Source: Balanoglossus misakiensis
Lineage: Eukaryota; Animalia; Hemichordata
NCBI GenBank assembly: GCA_040954595.2
Contig: CM082578.2
Location: 7,239,519 to 7,303,518, forward strand
Direction of reading: 5' to 3'
Length of the DNA stretch: 64,000 bases
The notes beneath the pieces are model-generated. The model worked only from the letters and a program-made list of their open reading frames with translations. It did no database searches and had not been told where the DNA came from. Every line of letters starts with the position of its first letter. Positions within the stretch are counted from its first letter, which is position 1. Shown here one piece after another: positions 38,066 to 51,525 of the stretch. The position numbers and the translations under genes are program-made.

Positions 38066-41000
38066 GTCTCCGCGCGCATAAAAGGCAAGTCATTTGCATA
38101 GCTACCCAGCATGCACGGCTAATGAGCTCATTACCAAACACCGGGGACAAATAGGAAAGCCCGATGTTGGGGAGAATGGAAAGTGGGTGGGTGTTACCTT
38201 AGCAATGAAGCGTGAGTTTGATGACAATTGGGAGAGAGCTGCATCTATGCGAGTTCAGCTTCCACTCAGTGTAAAGTATATATGTTATCCAGAAGCTGAA
38301 TTCTCTGCTCCAGGTAGAGAGAGAGAGAGAGGGTAAAAAACATTCGCCATCCTCCAAGTGGAAGTTTACTGGTTTTACAGTCATGCATTGGTGGTGCAGA
38401 TTGAGAACATAAGCTGAAGCGGTTTTGATTTTTTCTTGTGTGTGCATGGTGTCGACGCCAGAGTTGTCATTGACTTGGAGGAGGGACTCACTGTATTAGT
38501 GGTGGAGTATATATGGAGTAATGGGAGAGGCCGTGTTTGCTGGTAATTGAAGTGATGTCTGTGGCCGTCTGCGTCTCCCGAGTGCAGTGAGAAGGAAAAT
38601 ACGCCCGGTAAACAAGATCAGCTGAGAGTATATATACGCACCGCAGATTTTCTTGCAACTGGTTTTGGGGTGTCACTGACTGCTGTGCTTGTAGTCAGGT
38701 TCTGGTTACTGTCATTTACACCTGAGAACATGCCCAGGTTTTTTTTTTCTTCTTGTCCTGGAAACGTACCGGGTGAAGAGATAATGTGACCGAAAAAACT
38801 AAACCACTGTTTCTTACTGAACTTGAACACGGTAATGGAACAACTCTATCAGGATGACAACAATTGTACATTTCAAAACCAGGATTGTTAATTAATTCCA
38901 TTGATTTTTACACACACAAAAAAAAAACCTGGAGAAAAGCGTATGAAGATTTTTGATTTCGCTCCTTGAGAATTGAATTAACGTCTTGGAGACTAAGCTG
39001 AAGATGGATTTCATCATTTTAAAAGTAAGTCGAATTTCTTGCATATTTGGCATAATTGACCAAACCATGTGTTGTAAGGTTCTAACAGGGATAAAAGGCT
39101 TGCCCCCACTGCTTGTGCTAGGTCATCTGGCAGACCGCCACCGCACATGAGTGAGTGGCTCCGAGTTTTTTTAAAAAAAACTTTTATTTTTCCACACCAG
39201 TGATTTATGCACTCAATGCCAGGGAAGTTCACACAGCCGTTACTTGATTTCTCTTCACAAAGCTAAACAGCTCCGGCCAGAAACTCTAATCTGTTATTCT
39301 TGGATTGAGTTGTGTTTCGTTTAAAGAAAACTGTTACCTCATTGAATCGGGCCCACCATTGTCTGATCAGTCATTGCAGCGTTAAAGGTGTTTTCTTTAC
39401 AAGCACCATATAATTCATGAGGTCTAATTTGTTTACTAGTTAACATTATAGCCGATATGAGCCACTCGGGCTATTGTGCGCCCAGTCAAGGAGTACTTTG
39501 TTCCGGCCACAATTGCCGACGTCAACAGCTTGCTTGCAAACTTTTGGGGTTTGTTTTTCCGCCGCGATAATGCGGTCGGAAGTGCCGCGTTCACACTCCG
39601 GCATGCTTCACTAATTATTATTGGCCACAATATCGCCCCGTTTAAATTTCATGGCTACTGATCAAAGTGTGTTTGGAATTTTATGCATTGCTGTGCATTA
39701 GTGTTTAGCTTTATGCCAGCCGTGCGTTCCTGATCCTACGCGCGGTGGATTTCTGAGTATATATACTTGTCGGCTTGTGGGATTGTAGGGTATTGGCTTT
39801 CTCTGCTCAGTTTGAGCTGGATGGTGCCATTAATTTGGCGGGCTTGGTTTCTGCTGTGGCACATGTTGATGTTTCAAGTGTTTGTGATATACCGCTAATG
39901 AGTTTTTCCTAAGAGATTCCTCGGCCTTGCCAAACATTTATGTGGTGTACGACAACAGTTCTGCATTTCAAAAGTGTGTATCAGTGTCTGCTTATACTAT
40001 ACGCAGTGTAAAAATTGAACTTCTCCAAAATAGTTAATTGCTCCATGCTGAATAAAATGTTAACTTCATTAATACACATCGCGTTTCTTCCGAAAGACGT
40101 TGACGAAAAACCCCACAACGATATTTAATAAACAATCCATATTGATGACATTCCTTGAACTTTTAAACTCTGAGAAAAAAACTGGTGAATTTGCACTGTT
40201 CTGACTTTTTATTGTGGGCAACCTCATCAAAAATGATTCAATTTACCACTTATATTTACGCGCAGGCTGATAATCGTATTTATTTTTTAATTCAGAACCG
40301 ACTGGCACAAACCCAGTGTTTCTGGCATTAGACAAGACCCACCTCATAAAGTATAATACCAGAGTAGTTTCTGCTCTTGACATTTTTATTCCTGCAGAAA
40401 ATTAATAGATCAGAAATACTGCGTAAAGTGAAGTGATATCTTGTACTTCCTGATGTAAATCTCTCTTTTCCAGTGCAGTTGAGAATCTTTTGCTCTTTCT
40501 GAGTTTTAAAAGTGACAGCTATTTCGGCTTCAAACTCGTGACACGCTTGCACATTAATTCTCACTTTTTTCAAAGCACACAATCATATTACATGTACATC
40601 TCTTTCCAGTTTATACCCCTTGACAGAAAGCAGACCTTTTATCTGCACTTTCCCGCACACAAAAGGTAACATGGCAATCCTGAGCAAACACCAGTGCATT
40701 AAGCAGCAGGGAATATCATCGTTATTAATAAATGTTTGCGAGATGCACCCCTTTCAGATCCCAGCCAGAACAAACACTAGGGCACAAAAAGTACTGTCAT
40801 GTCAGTATACAGTTGTGTGGTGTGGCTGCAATTTGCATGTACACTTAATATATCGCCCATTGTTGGCTCATGTCATGTTAGATCGTTTTAATGCCCATCT
40901 CTGTTTCACGGCACTTTGTAATCATCAGTGTGCACACTGCCCAAACTGGCAAATTAGCTTTATTCTTTTTTTGTTTTTTGTTTTTTGTTTCAGGCTTTCC

Positions 41001-44000
41001 TTCTCCCTGTAATTTCCTCCTCGACCCCCGAGGTCATCTTTGTGCCATCATTGTCATATAGATTTAAGTAGTTCTTGTCTGTCAGATATAGACAGTCACA
41101 TAGATAAAATGCTTCTTGCTTAGTAACGCTGTCTGTGGAGATCTGAGTTTGAAAGGGAAAAAATCGCGAGAGAATGGATCTGACCCCTCTTGACACGTTT
41201 GCTTTCAGCCTTTTTGTCATTCATCTGTGTGTGTCGGCCGTAAATGCACATTTTTCCACTCAGTTAGAGCTGGCACCGGTGTATGTTAAGGTACACCCTG
41301 ATAAAAAACTACTTTTTTTCCCCATTCTAACTAATGGTCGAACGTCGAAACAGGTGATAGCTGATCCTGATAAGACAAGCAATGCAGTCACCCTGGCAAA
41401 AAAAAAAAAAAAATGTTCAGCCGCGCCACTGCTTTGTGTGAAAACCAAAGTTGGCTATCGCTCTCACTGATGTCGAGTGAAAAGTATCTATTAACGTGTG
41501 ACACAGATGGTTTGTCTGTTCAACCTTTGATGTTGGAATTTACTATCGGTGACGCTTATAAATGCAATAACCGAGTTCTAGGGATAAGGTTCAATGTCAG
41601 TATTACCATAAGCCACCCCTAAATTTCTTTTGTCGGTTCTGCCAAGATCTTTTCCTTCTCAATTTAACGTAAACCCAAGTTCAAATTTCTATGAGTTCCA
41701 AGGTTCCAACGTTCAACCCTTTGGTTGAGGGAAATATGGTCTTTTCAATCCATATTAGTTTCTTCTGATTTGTGACTTCATGCATATCATAGCTACCTAT
41801 ACTTTGAAATAAAAGTGTTGGTTGGAAATTAAATGACATAATTTTTTGAGAGGTTGGGACCAGCTGGGGAGTCCATTGAATTGTGACCCCTTAGGAGTTG
41901 TAATGAGAGATTCAATGTCTGTCTTTGATCTTGTGAGTGTATGAACGACCTTTGACCTCATTATATGTGTCAACATTCATAACTGTATAGTCAAACAGGG
42001 CCATAATTGAAATTTAAAATGTCAAGAGCGGTTATAGTTTTCATGTGACTTTATAATAACCTCGGCAGACACTGTGTGTGTACTTTGTGAGAGCCCTTAA
42101 TACATGTATGTAAAAGGGAGAAACTTCTGAGAATCTGCATACTTGCATGCACGACCATAAAAATGTTAATTTTGACTTCCCAGCTAAAATGTCAATGTGC
42201 ATCTAACTTGAAACATCTTGAGGTATTTCAGATCATTAATTCCTAGGTTTGCAGACGCTTTGGAGACACCACAGGTTTGAAATTGTGGTTACATCAAACA
42301 GGCCTTGAATGCCAGTCTGGTTTGGTGCCAAAAAAAATTTGATCATGCGCTGGAGTTTTCCTTCTAAACCTGCATGGTTGACATTTGATCGTGGAGATGA
42401 GAGTATGTGCCTTGCCTTTGACGTAAGCTTTATACCCCACAGGCCATCACTGGTTATACAGCTAGAAGAGCGCCGTGTAATTAAGCATCCTTCACTTCAC
42501 AAATATCTGCAAATATTGGGTCTGTTCGCTCGAGTTCGATTACAGCGAGTTCTCCACCGGGGTCTGTATATATATTGCAGGCTCTATTAAACGAAACCAG
42601 GGCTTTTAGTCGTAGTGAGGTGTCTGCCGGACAGAGCAAACGGTCAGCTAATCATCCCTTTGAGTTTTCCAATCATTAGAGAGCTGGATGATATTTCTCC
42701 AGTGTGGAAGTCGGAATTAAAGCAGGATTTCACGTCGCGCTCTGAGATTATGAAACGTATATATAGCTGCAGCGTGGAACTTAATGATAGCTGGAAACTA
42801 GTGGGGAGTTTGATACTCTATAGCTGGCCTTATCTGCGAGTGACTGAGAGCTATAATTTCTAATTGACTGTGAAATCTGTTGCTTTCCGCCCGCTAAATC
42901 TAAAATTGCGCTCCTGTGCCAGCCTGGCTGTCTCTGCCCGTGTCAGAGATATTTCCCATCAAGTTCAAGCAGTCGCTGGTACTGCTTCTATCAAACGGTA
43001 ATTTCCCGCATCCATTGGCCTTCAGGGTCATGTGCGGTTATTACAAACTCTAGCCGACGACTCTGCTTGCTTGCTTGCGGGCTGTCCAGGCCTGTTCAAG
43101 GCTCAGGTACATTATCATCATCTCATTAGGGCCTAGGCGTTAATGTGATTAAAACCTGACTTCCTCTTAATTAACGAGCGATTGTCCCGATAATTAGAGC
43201 CGTGTCCCTAAAGCACTGCCAGGTATAATCAGGTTATTCAGCTCCTTATGATACAACCGACACTGACTGACCAGTGTTACAGCGCAACTTAATTTCCCAC
43301 ACGTTTTATACATTCCATTAACAGCGTGTAAAGTACAGCACTTGTGTGTGCTTTGTTTGGTCTACATGAAATAAATAAAAAGAAAGATCTGATGTGGTGA
43401 ATTGTCAGTGCCTCAAAAGAGCCTGGACCTCATTCACGCAGTCATTGATTATGCGGGAGGGAAAAAAGGGAAGAAAATTGGATCGTGTGTCAACAGACTC
43501 TGAGTGCAGGGAGACCTTGCTGTATTATTAAAAGCAAAATGCTGTGTTTACAAGAACCCCAAAATCTGAATGATTATTTGGAAATATGTGTATAAAGATA
43601 TCCATTACCGACAATTACTCGTAATTACACTTATTGAATTCTTCCCCTTTCTATCGCGTGCGCGCGTTGTTAAAATTTTTTTTTTCTCTCTCTCTCTTGA
43701 GGAAGCCATTAAGCTAAAGCTGGTCCGTAAATCATTATGTTTAATGGTCTGGGTGATTTTTTTTTACTTCTTCGCCGTAGCTTAGGTTTGACACAGATAA
43801 CTGAATACGGGAGTCGGTACACACCTTTGATGTGGGACAGAGATTCAAAATAATTATCGTCTTCGAAGGTGGCATTACGCACACGTTTTTCGGCGCTAGA
43901 TGAGAAGTGTCTACGCTGATTGGACGCCGTGGAAGAATGCTGATATTTCCTTTTGAATCGAGAAGAGTTCATTCGATTCAACTTAAACCGGTATGGAGTA

Positions 44001-47000
44001 TAATGACGAGCTAAAAGTGCATTATTAACAGGCTGGTGAATCTCTTTGGCGAGTTAACTTAATAAGTTTTAAATTTCCACAAAAGCGAGGGGGAACAGTA
44101 AGCAAAACACACTAGACCACCCGCACGTCCCCCCATGTTCCTGGAGTGCATCCATCTTGTCTGCCAAATTAATTTCAGTCGGGCTAAGTTGATTTCGCCA
44201 TGGCAACTGCGAAGCGGTGAGACGGGAGGCGTAAAAAAGTGCAGTGAGCATCGAAGGGTTTTGATGACAAAAAGTTTTCATGAAAATAACAAAGGGACTG
44301 TATTGGGAGGGTATATCATGGTGATATCAGTGGCATGGGAAAATACAGGATGAGGTGAAGGTTACTTGGGTGAGACACATTCTTTACAATCTATTATACT
44401 AATGAATCCTATGGCCCATCAGCTCGCACTATTATGCGGGTGGTTCTGTTATCAATGGCATGTACTTGAACTTGTGTATGGCGATAAAGGCCACTTAGAA
44501 AAACCAAGCTCCCCTATTTATAAAAGGGGAATTATGAGAACACTTAATTTTGACCAAACATACCACACACACTTGTGTGAAGATGTTAAAGACTGGGGTG
44601 CAAATCCCTGCAGCTACATCGGAGTACGCTATGAAGGTCAAGATAATTGTCACATTCAAAGTAATATAATTTTTCCCTTTTGTAATAACACCCTTGCACA
44701 ATAATTATTCTGCCAAGGTACTGTTTACTATAATTTTGGTACTGACGTTACAAAATTGTAGCAAACCGTGATCATCAGATTGTACGTGTTATTAATTGTG
44801 GACGACACCAATTTTCAATTACTTACTAATTTGCATCTGTGAATTCTGGATTCTTGTTGCATTTGAATTTGAAGTGGCTCAGAACAAAAGGTCAAGCTCA
44901 TCCGTCTTGATTAGTGGGAAGCGTTAAAGATAGCTGGAAAATATTTCCGTGGGAATTTGCTTTGAGAGCTGGAGTGATCTATGACAACAGGAAGTGGGAT
45001 TGGAGTGGATCTTTCACTCCGGATCCTACTTATCACTATATTGTAAAAACATTATTGGAGCATTGAGAGTTGAAGAAATGGAAGTTGTTGACTGTTGAAA
45101 TCAGTATCACGGATCTGATTCAGATTTGTTCATATTGCGACGAAATCTGCAATATTGTATTTTGGCAGCAGCTTGTTGTGTGTGAGAGAAAAACATTGAA
45201 TTGTGTCAGCTTTGCCTTGAATCAGCAAAATGGCTTAGTACATCGTCTGTTAGGGAATATAACTGGTAGACATACCCAGTAACACTGTAATGTGGAATGA
45301 TCATTGTTTGGTCGTCTCCTTCAATAGAAATCTCAGAAATTTTGATATTGGAATACTGAGAAAAATAGCTTTTCTGGAACTGAAATACATGTTTTGTTGC
45401 AAATTTGGGACGGTGTGGAATGGATGTCTGAGAAATTTGTGGCGGGAAATCTGGCCATTCTGGAGTGCGTTATCAAGAACCTCACCTCAGCTGTTGGTTC
45501 CACGCATGATTATTTTCCAGATTTTTCTTTGAAGGCAGATTTAGAGAACAGAAATCCGACAGCGCAATAAGTAATATGGTAGTGTACGCCTCGGGCGAGA
45601 AAAGGATCTCCACGGTGCTTCTCTAAGAAAGCAATTGTTCATCGTCCTCTGATGAAACACGGAGGAAAAATTGAACACTGTTTGTAATTATTTGTCGTCG
45701 TGACAAAATATTTTTAAAGATTTCATCTTTTGCATGATTTTTCTGCAAGTCCATCTGTTATGGTTGATGTGAGATATTCCCCCCAAATTAATTGTCGCTT
45801 TTACGTGAATAGCCGACTGCATTCTAAATTGTGACTTTTTTTAGGCTGATGAGTATTTGCAGGAAGACTGTCGTGAGGCACCCGTCTGATACATGTAATT
45901 GTTTGCGTGATGCACATTTTATCTGTCAATATCATGAATCGATGAAAAAGTTGGGGCAGACTGACGTTGCAAATAATACCTTCTTTGTGGCAAAATAAAT
46001 GGTATAGCTTAGTCGGACTACATCTGATGCGATCATTTATTCTTTACTTTCCAAACAGTGATCCAGGCATATTTGTTATATTTTTCATTTGAATAGCAAG
46101 TCCATAAAGTGTTTGGTTGCTATCGATATCACACCTTGTTGACTCTATTCCCAAGTTTGTTCAGAATAATAAAGTAACCCATTACGACAGCACACAAGTA
46201 GATATTAAATGTCATGTTTTTATTAAACAGCAATTTTTTTGTGGGGGGGGGGGGGAGGGGGCAGTCGATCATTATTCTTCTGTTAATACGTCGTAAGCAA
46301 ATCTCCCTGAAGTATTATGACCCCATTTGCTTGAATCAAAGAAAAACATTCTTTTTTTTTTCTCATATTGAATTCCAGTGTCTGTTGAAAATGTCAAAAC
46401 GTGCGAGTCTTTGAACCAAAAAATTTTGAGGATATTCTGCGATAAATGACAGGTTAATGGATACATCTATTTGAAAAGAACTGATTACTATTGGCCCTTT
46501 GGCGTCCTTTGCTGTGGAACCACTTTGGAATATGATTTTTTTCTTGCGCATTGTCAATTTGAGGATGGCAAAGGTTAAAATGCTGAACTTCGTGTACTGC
46601 TTCAGGTTATACGCAGATTAATTTGTTTTATGTATGGCGTTTTCATTTGAGAAAAGTGTACTTGTTAAAGATACCCTAATGTGCTAAGTGTAAAAAGCTC
46701 AGGTTTGTTTTACGACGCAATCCAACATGGTTGGCCTGTTGTGTATGGCAACCTGATCCAACATGCTGCCATTTTCTCGTTTGTGTATAAATAACCACAA
46801 AACATTTAGACTTTTTGAAATGCTTTCATTAAAACTTCATATGTCGTTTTTTTGACCAGCTGTTACTTTGTATTCAACTGAGTGTTCAATACATCCCTTT
46901 TTATTTCTGCCGGACTGTGTAGTGACATCATTTTTTCCCCATTGGAGTATAATTTACAAAAGTCTCATTAGCGAGATTGAACAGGGCTCACGACGGACTG

Positions 47001-50000
47001 CATGAGAAAGTGTGGTCACTGTATCTTATGAGCAAGAAACGGAAGGCGTTCGACAAATTTGGATGCAGACATTGTTGCCAGATTGGGCGATTGAAGTGTG
47101 TCTAATGATACTGGTGGATGTTGTCGTAGAGCCCCAGTAAGTACAGCGGTTTCATTAGACACTTGGAATGCAGAATATTAGGAGCAGGTATCAAGAAACT
47201 TTAATGCAATGTTATAGTTCCCCTGTTAAAGTTCATCTCAATATAGTTACGACAACAACAACAACAAAATAAATCACGATTTAAGTGTTTTTATACTGGC
47301 GAGTAATTCTGGTATGTTTAGGAGAGAGTTTCCGTTTTACTGCAGGCGCATATTTTGTTAGTGCGCCAGTGACCTTTGACATCTGGAAGCTTTGGCTGAT
47401 GGGTTGTGGTTACGCGTGTATGCCAGAGATGTTGGATCCGAATTTCTGACATTTCTTTTACACGGACAAAGTTGTCACTGAAGATGGTTCAGTGATTTTA
47501 TGGTAACGGTTGTAACTTGAATGATCTCCTGAGCTTTATGGCTTTGCTCTTTATAAGGACATTGGCTTTTAAACAGGAAGCATTTTCTCTTTTCCCAATC
47601 ATCATCAAGCATAGTAGAACACTATAAATCTTTTAATGGAGTGTTACTTACTACAATGTCGTCAGCAATTCCACAAGATCCCTGATACAAATAAAAATTC
47701 CAGGCCTGTATTTCAGAATTAGATGAACGAGAAAGTTTTTCCGGAGCTAAAAAGTACCGAAATGATAAAAATGCCCAGTGCATGTAAGTATATTAGCTAT
47801 TATCTCAAATGGGTCTATTTGGATTAGGCTATGAACTTCTACTGGAGCGCTCAATATTGTGCTATGTCATGATACCTCAATTTACAATTAGTAAACATTT
47901 TAGCAAGAGAGTATCTTGCATTCCCAGAGGACACACACTGGTAGTGTACTTCTTCCAAACCATAGATCTTCATTATCGGGATTACGCGATTCATCCCGCA
48001 TCAGTTATGTGCGAAAGTGTTCTCAACCTCAGCACCGACCGTCAAAGTTCCTCAGAGTAGATTTCTTCTGTCAGCCGTCAAGCTGCTCCACCCATGTGGA
48101 AAGACTGACGTTTTGGGGGGCATGGGCAAAAGTTAGAGGCTTGTGCATGCCCCACCCATCATCATCCAGATCAATTTTTATCACACTGCGTAAAAAAAAA
48201 AGAAACGTGATTTTCTCATATTGCAAATGAGATGGACAAACTGATCTTCTTTGGTTGCTCTAGGGAAGAAAAGTGCTTCCATGTATTATTAACGGTAATT
48301 GTGAAAGCATTGGCGTAATGGGAAAGAAAATTTGTCAATTTAGTGTTTTAAAGTATTACATGACATTTTCCAATTTTAAATGAAATCATCAGATGCTGTA
48401 TATTGTATTGTGGTCGGGGGGAAAAAAATGAGGAAAAGCAATACCCGGAGTTTTTGTGTCTTCTGTACCATTTGATATGATTGCTAATGGTGAAATTATT
48501 AATTTGAAAATGGAGAAGTAATACTGTAAGTCTATCGCCCCAGGAACGCATCACATTTTACATTTCAGAGAGAGGTTTTTTTTTGGTTTGTACAATACTC
48601 CCTTTTACCCCTGCATTTCAATTTCAGAATGTACTCATAATTGTTACCCTAGTTGTTTTTGCCATTTTTGCACTACATCTTTCTTGAGTACTTGATATTT
48701 TTTTTCAAAATTCTCTCGTCGATTGTGACTTTACTATCCTGTGCATGTGGGTATACATGTGTCAGTGGCCAGTGGCTGCATATTTTTTTTTCTGCGTTGA
48801 TCTTAATGTGTCCAAAACAAAATTCAATAACGGTATGACTCTGGCATAATGGAGAGATTGAAAGCGGATATGCAAGCTGGAGGGACAAACGCATGCACAA
48901 ACGAATAATCAGTGATTGGGAGGACTTGTACGGAACTGCAATTTCAATCTGGCCGGCAGCCCTGCATCATCATCATCATCATTGTCGTCATTGCAGACTT
49001 CATATTTCTGTCACTAAATTAATCCCCTCGTTGCAGACCACCAAAGATAATGTGTAGCCGCATTGCAATAATTAATTGACTTGAGGAGTTTTTTGTCTTC
49101 AATTCATATGTAGCCCCTTAGGGGAACTGTGATTAGGAGTGATGTGCGCGATAACGAAAACGAACTAAGTTGTATCATTTTGTTTAAAAAACGTTTGACT
49201 CTGCAAGACTAAAAGTTTCCTCGATATTTCTGTCTTTGTTGCGTTTACAAACAAGTCAATTTTATCGGCGATTGAGCTTTACCCTAGAATGACTGGGACT
49301 CAATCTGTTTTGAAGATTTAACTTGTGTCAGCAGACTGCTGGCTGCTGTATCAACTGGCAGAATTTCTGTACTTGGCCAAGTACTCCACAATATTTTTTT
49401 CTTCAAAAGTCGCCGAGAACTGACCTAGATCTTGTAGCCAAGTGTAAGATACCAGACAAATAAATCATCAAGTCACCAGACCATGGCTCTTTCACTTCAG
49501 TCAAAATTCAAGTCATGAAGCTCGTAAAACTGCACTGCCCTTCATTCCAAATTGAATGTGACTGACAATTTGGAGCATCCCCCCACCCAACATATATGTT
49601 ATGACAAGAGAGCAGTGCACTTTCTCATAGCAAACAACCACTAGGTACTGCATTCATGCTGAAAGTACAATGTTGACACTTTCACCTCTGAGAATATTGT
49701 GATCAGTCGAACAAGCGCGCGTTTTCGTACAAAAAAAATCAGAAAAGAGAATTTCTCCCCGCTGGTCACTTTATGAGTCCCCAGGTTAAGGTTTTGATGA
49801 TGGCACTGTAGCGACATGGCCGCTTTAAATGAAATTGACAGACGGCCCTGTCTTGGGAATCCTAGCGTCCATTGACTTTACTGCCAGCTGCCTACCTAAA
49901 TGTTGATCAACATCAGCTGTGTGATACATCAACATTTATGGCTAAGACTGGTCTCAGTATTTTTTTTTTTTGCAGTGATATTTTTTTGTACAAAGAATCT

Positions 50001-51289
50001 CAGTTAAATATAATGTCCCAAAATTAAACCTGTACATGCCCTAGGTTCATGGCATGACTTAAACAAGATTGCGAGAAAATGATATTTTCACTCAGTCTCT
50101 CGCCCACTCGTCACTTACAGAGACTACAGGCGTGGAAGGGGAGGTGGGATAAGCCTTGATAAATGCTATTGTAACGACGTGTGTTGAGGCCGCCAGGAGG
50201 ATAAAGAGTACTGGTGATTCTGCATGGTGTCTGTCATATTGTGCCCTGTCAAGCTACCATTTTTTTCATGGACTCTAGTAACTACCAAACCATTTGTCTC
50301 TCTTTCACGTGACTCCCTAGTCTAGTGCCTATCCGTACGTACGTACTTTCACATCCGCTCTGAACTTTGAGCAAACGTGAGAGAACGCATGTTTTTATAG
50401 ACCAACTACATGTACTATTAAGCTCAAAACCGATGCTTTAACTGCCCCCAAATTCATGTAAGCATTTTTTCTGGGGGTACAATATTTCATAATCACAGAG
50501 CGTGGTAATTTTTTCATAAAATCTGCATCTGTCACCAGTGCCAGGAGCTCTGTGTGCGTCAATTTTCAATCGCGAGATTGATGGCACTATTGGACTCTTT
50601 AGTAACAAATTATGGGGGCTAAATCCGCAATGCACGTTGGTGATAAATTTTGAATAAAAAGATGACTAGCCTGAGGCAACAATACACCCACTTTGGGGAC
50701 GTGGGACTGTGTGGGACTGATGCTTAGCGTTAAAGGCACACAGTCATCGTGTCTTCTGACTTCCTGTTCTGGCAATGTGTAGTACTTCACACAACACGCT
50801 TCGTGAAGATGCGCTTGTTCTGTCTATAAATAAAACATGGTGCAAGTACTGCACGTTGATTCAGTTCAGCCTGCGGAATGCTTGTCAGTTTGAGTGCATG
50901 TACTGTGTACACATTACTTCAAATGAAATATTTGAAATAATGTGGTTAAAAATACTTAAATGTCATTGGAAGAACTTTGTAACAAACAATGCATGTACAT
51001 GGTTCGAGTAGATGAGTAAGCCATAGACAGACATACATTGTATGATGTGGCAACTGACAATTGAAACAAAAGATAATCAAGATGATCACCATAGATACTA
51101 CATGTAACCACTTGTGGCTCGTTTTACACTACAGGAAAATATTTTAGACTGAGAATAAAAAGTCAGTGCTGTTTGTACACCGGTGTAGTTCAATTCTGAA
51201 TTATACTGGTATGAAGGTTTGTTGATCTCTATATGGAAGTGGAACATTTCTTATTGATCGTTTTGTTTTTCCTCTTTCCTTGGTTGCAG

Positions 51290-51525
51290 GTGAACGGGAA
51301 GGATTTATCGCGATCCACCCACGAGGAGGCTGTAGAAGCATTCAGAAATGCCACGGAGCCGATCGTCGTCCACGTCCTGCGCCGGACTTCGCGCACAAAA
51401 TTGAAAAACCGGGAAGTTGCTACATGCAGCGTGTCCACGCAAACAGACATTCAAATGGATAACTTTTACACCAATTCCATGCACAGATGCCCGACGCCGC
51501 CTCCCATGTCGATGTCAATCAAGGG
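51290..51525 (+). CDS. PDZRN3/4: PDZRN3/4-family exon: C-terminal half of PDZ1 plus linker (VNGKDLSRSTHEEAVEAFRNATEPIVVHVLRRTSRTK...CSVSTQTDI...PTPPPMSMSIK)
   Basis: Pyrimidine tract and ttgcAG acceptor at 51288-51289; GG|GTACGT donor at 51526 (phase 2). The translation closely resembles vertebrate PDZRN3/4 PDZ1 as I recall it (VNG.DLS.ATH..AVEAF..AKEPIVVQVLRRT). Confidence 0.95.

Noticed and set aside
47399-47449. MGCGYACMPEMLDPNF, an MGC start resembling vertebrate short-isoform first exons
   Set aside because: It reaches an in-frame stop with no usable phase-0 donor.
50438-50623. Possible MITE bounded by GCCCCCA.AATT / AATT.TGGGGGC
   Set aside because: The inverted match is too short and there is no clear TSD.
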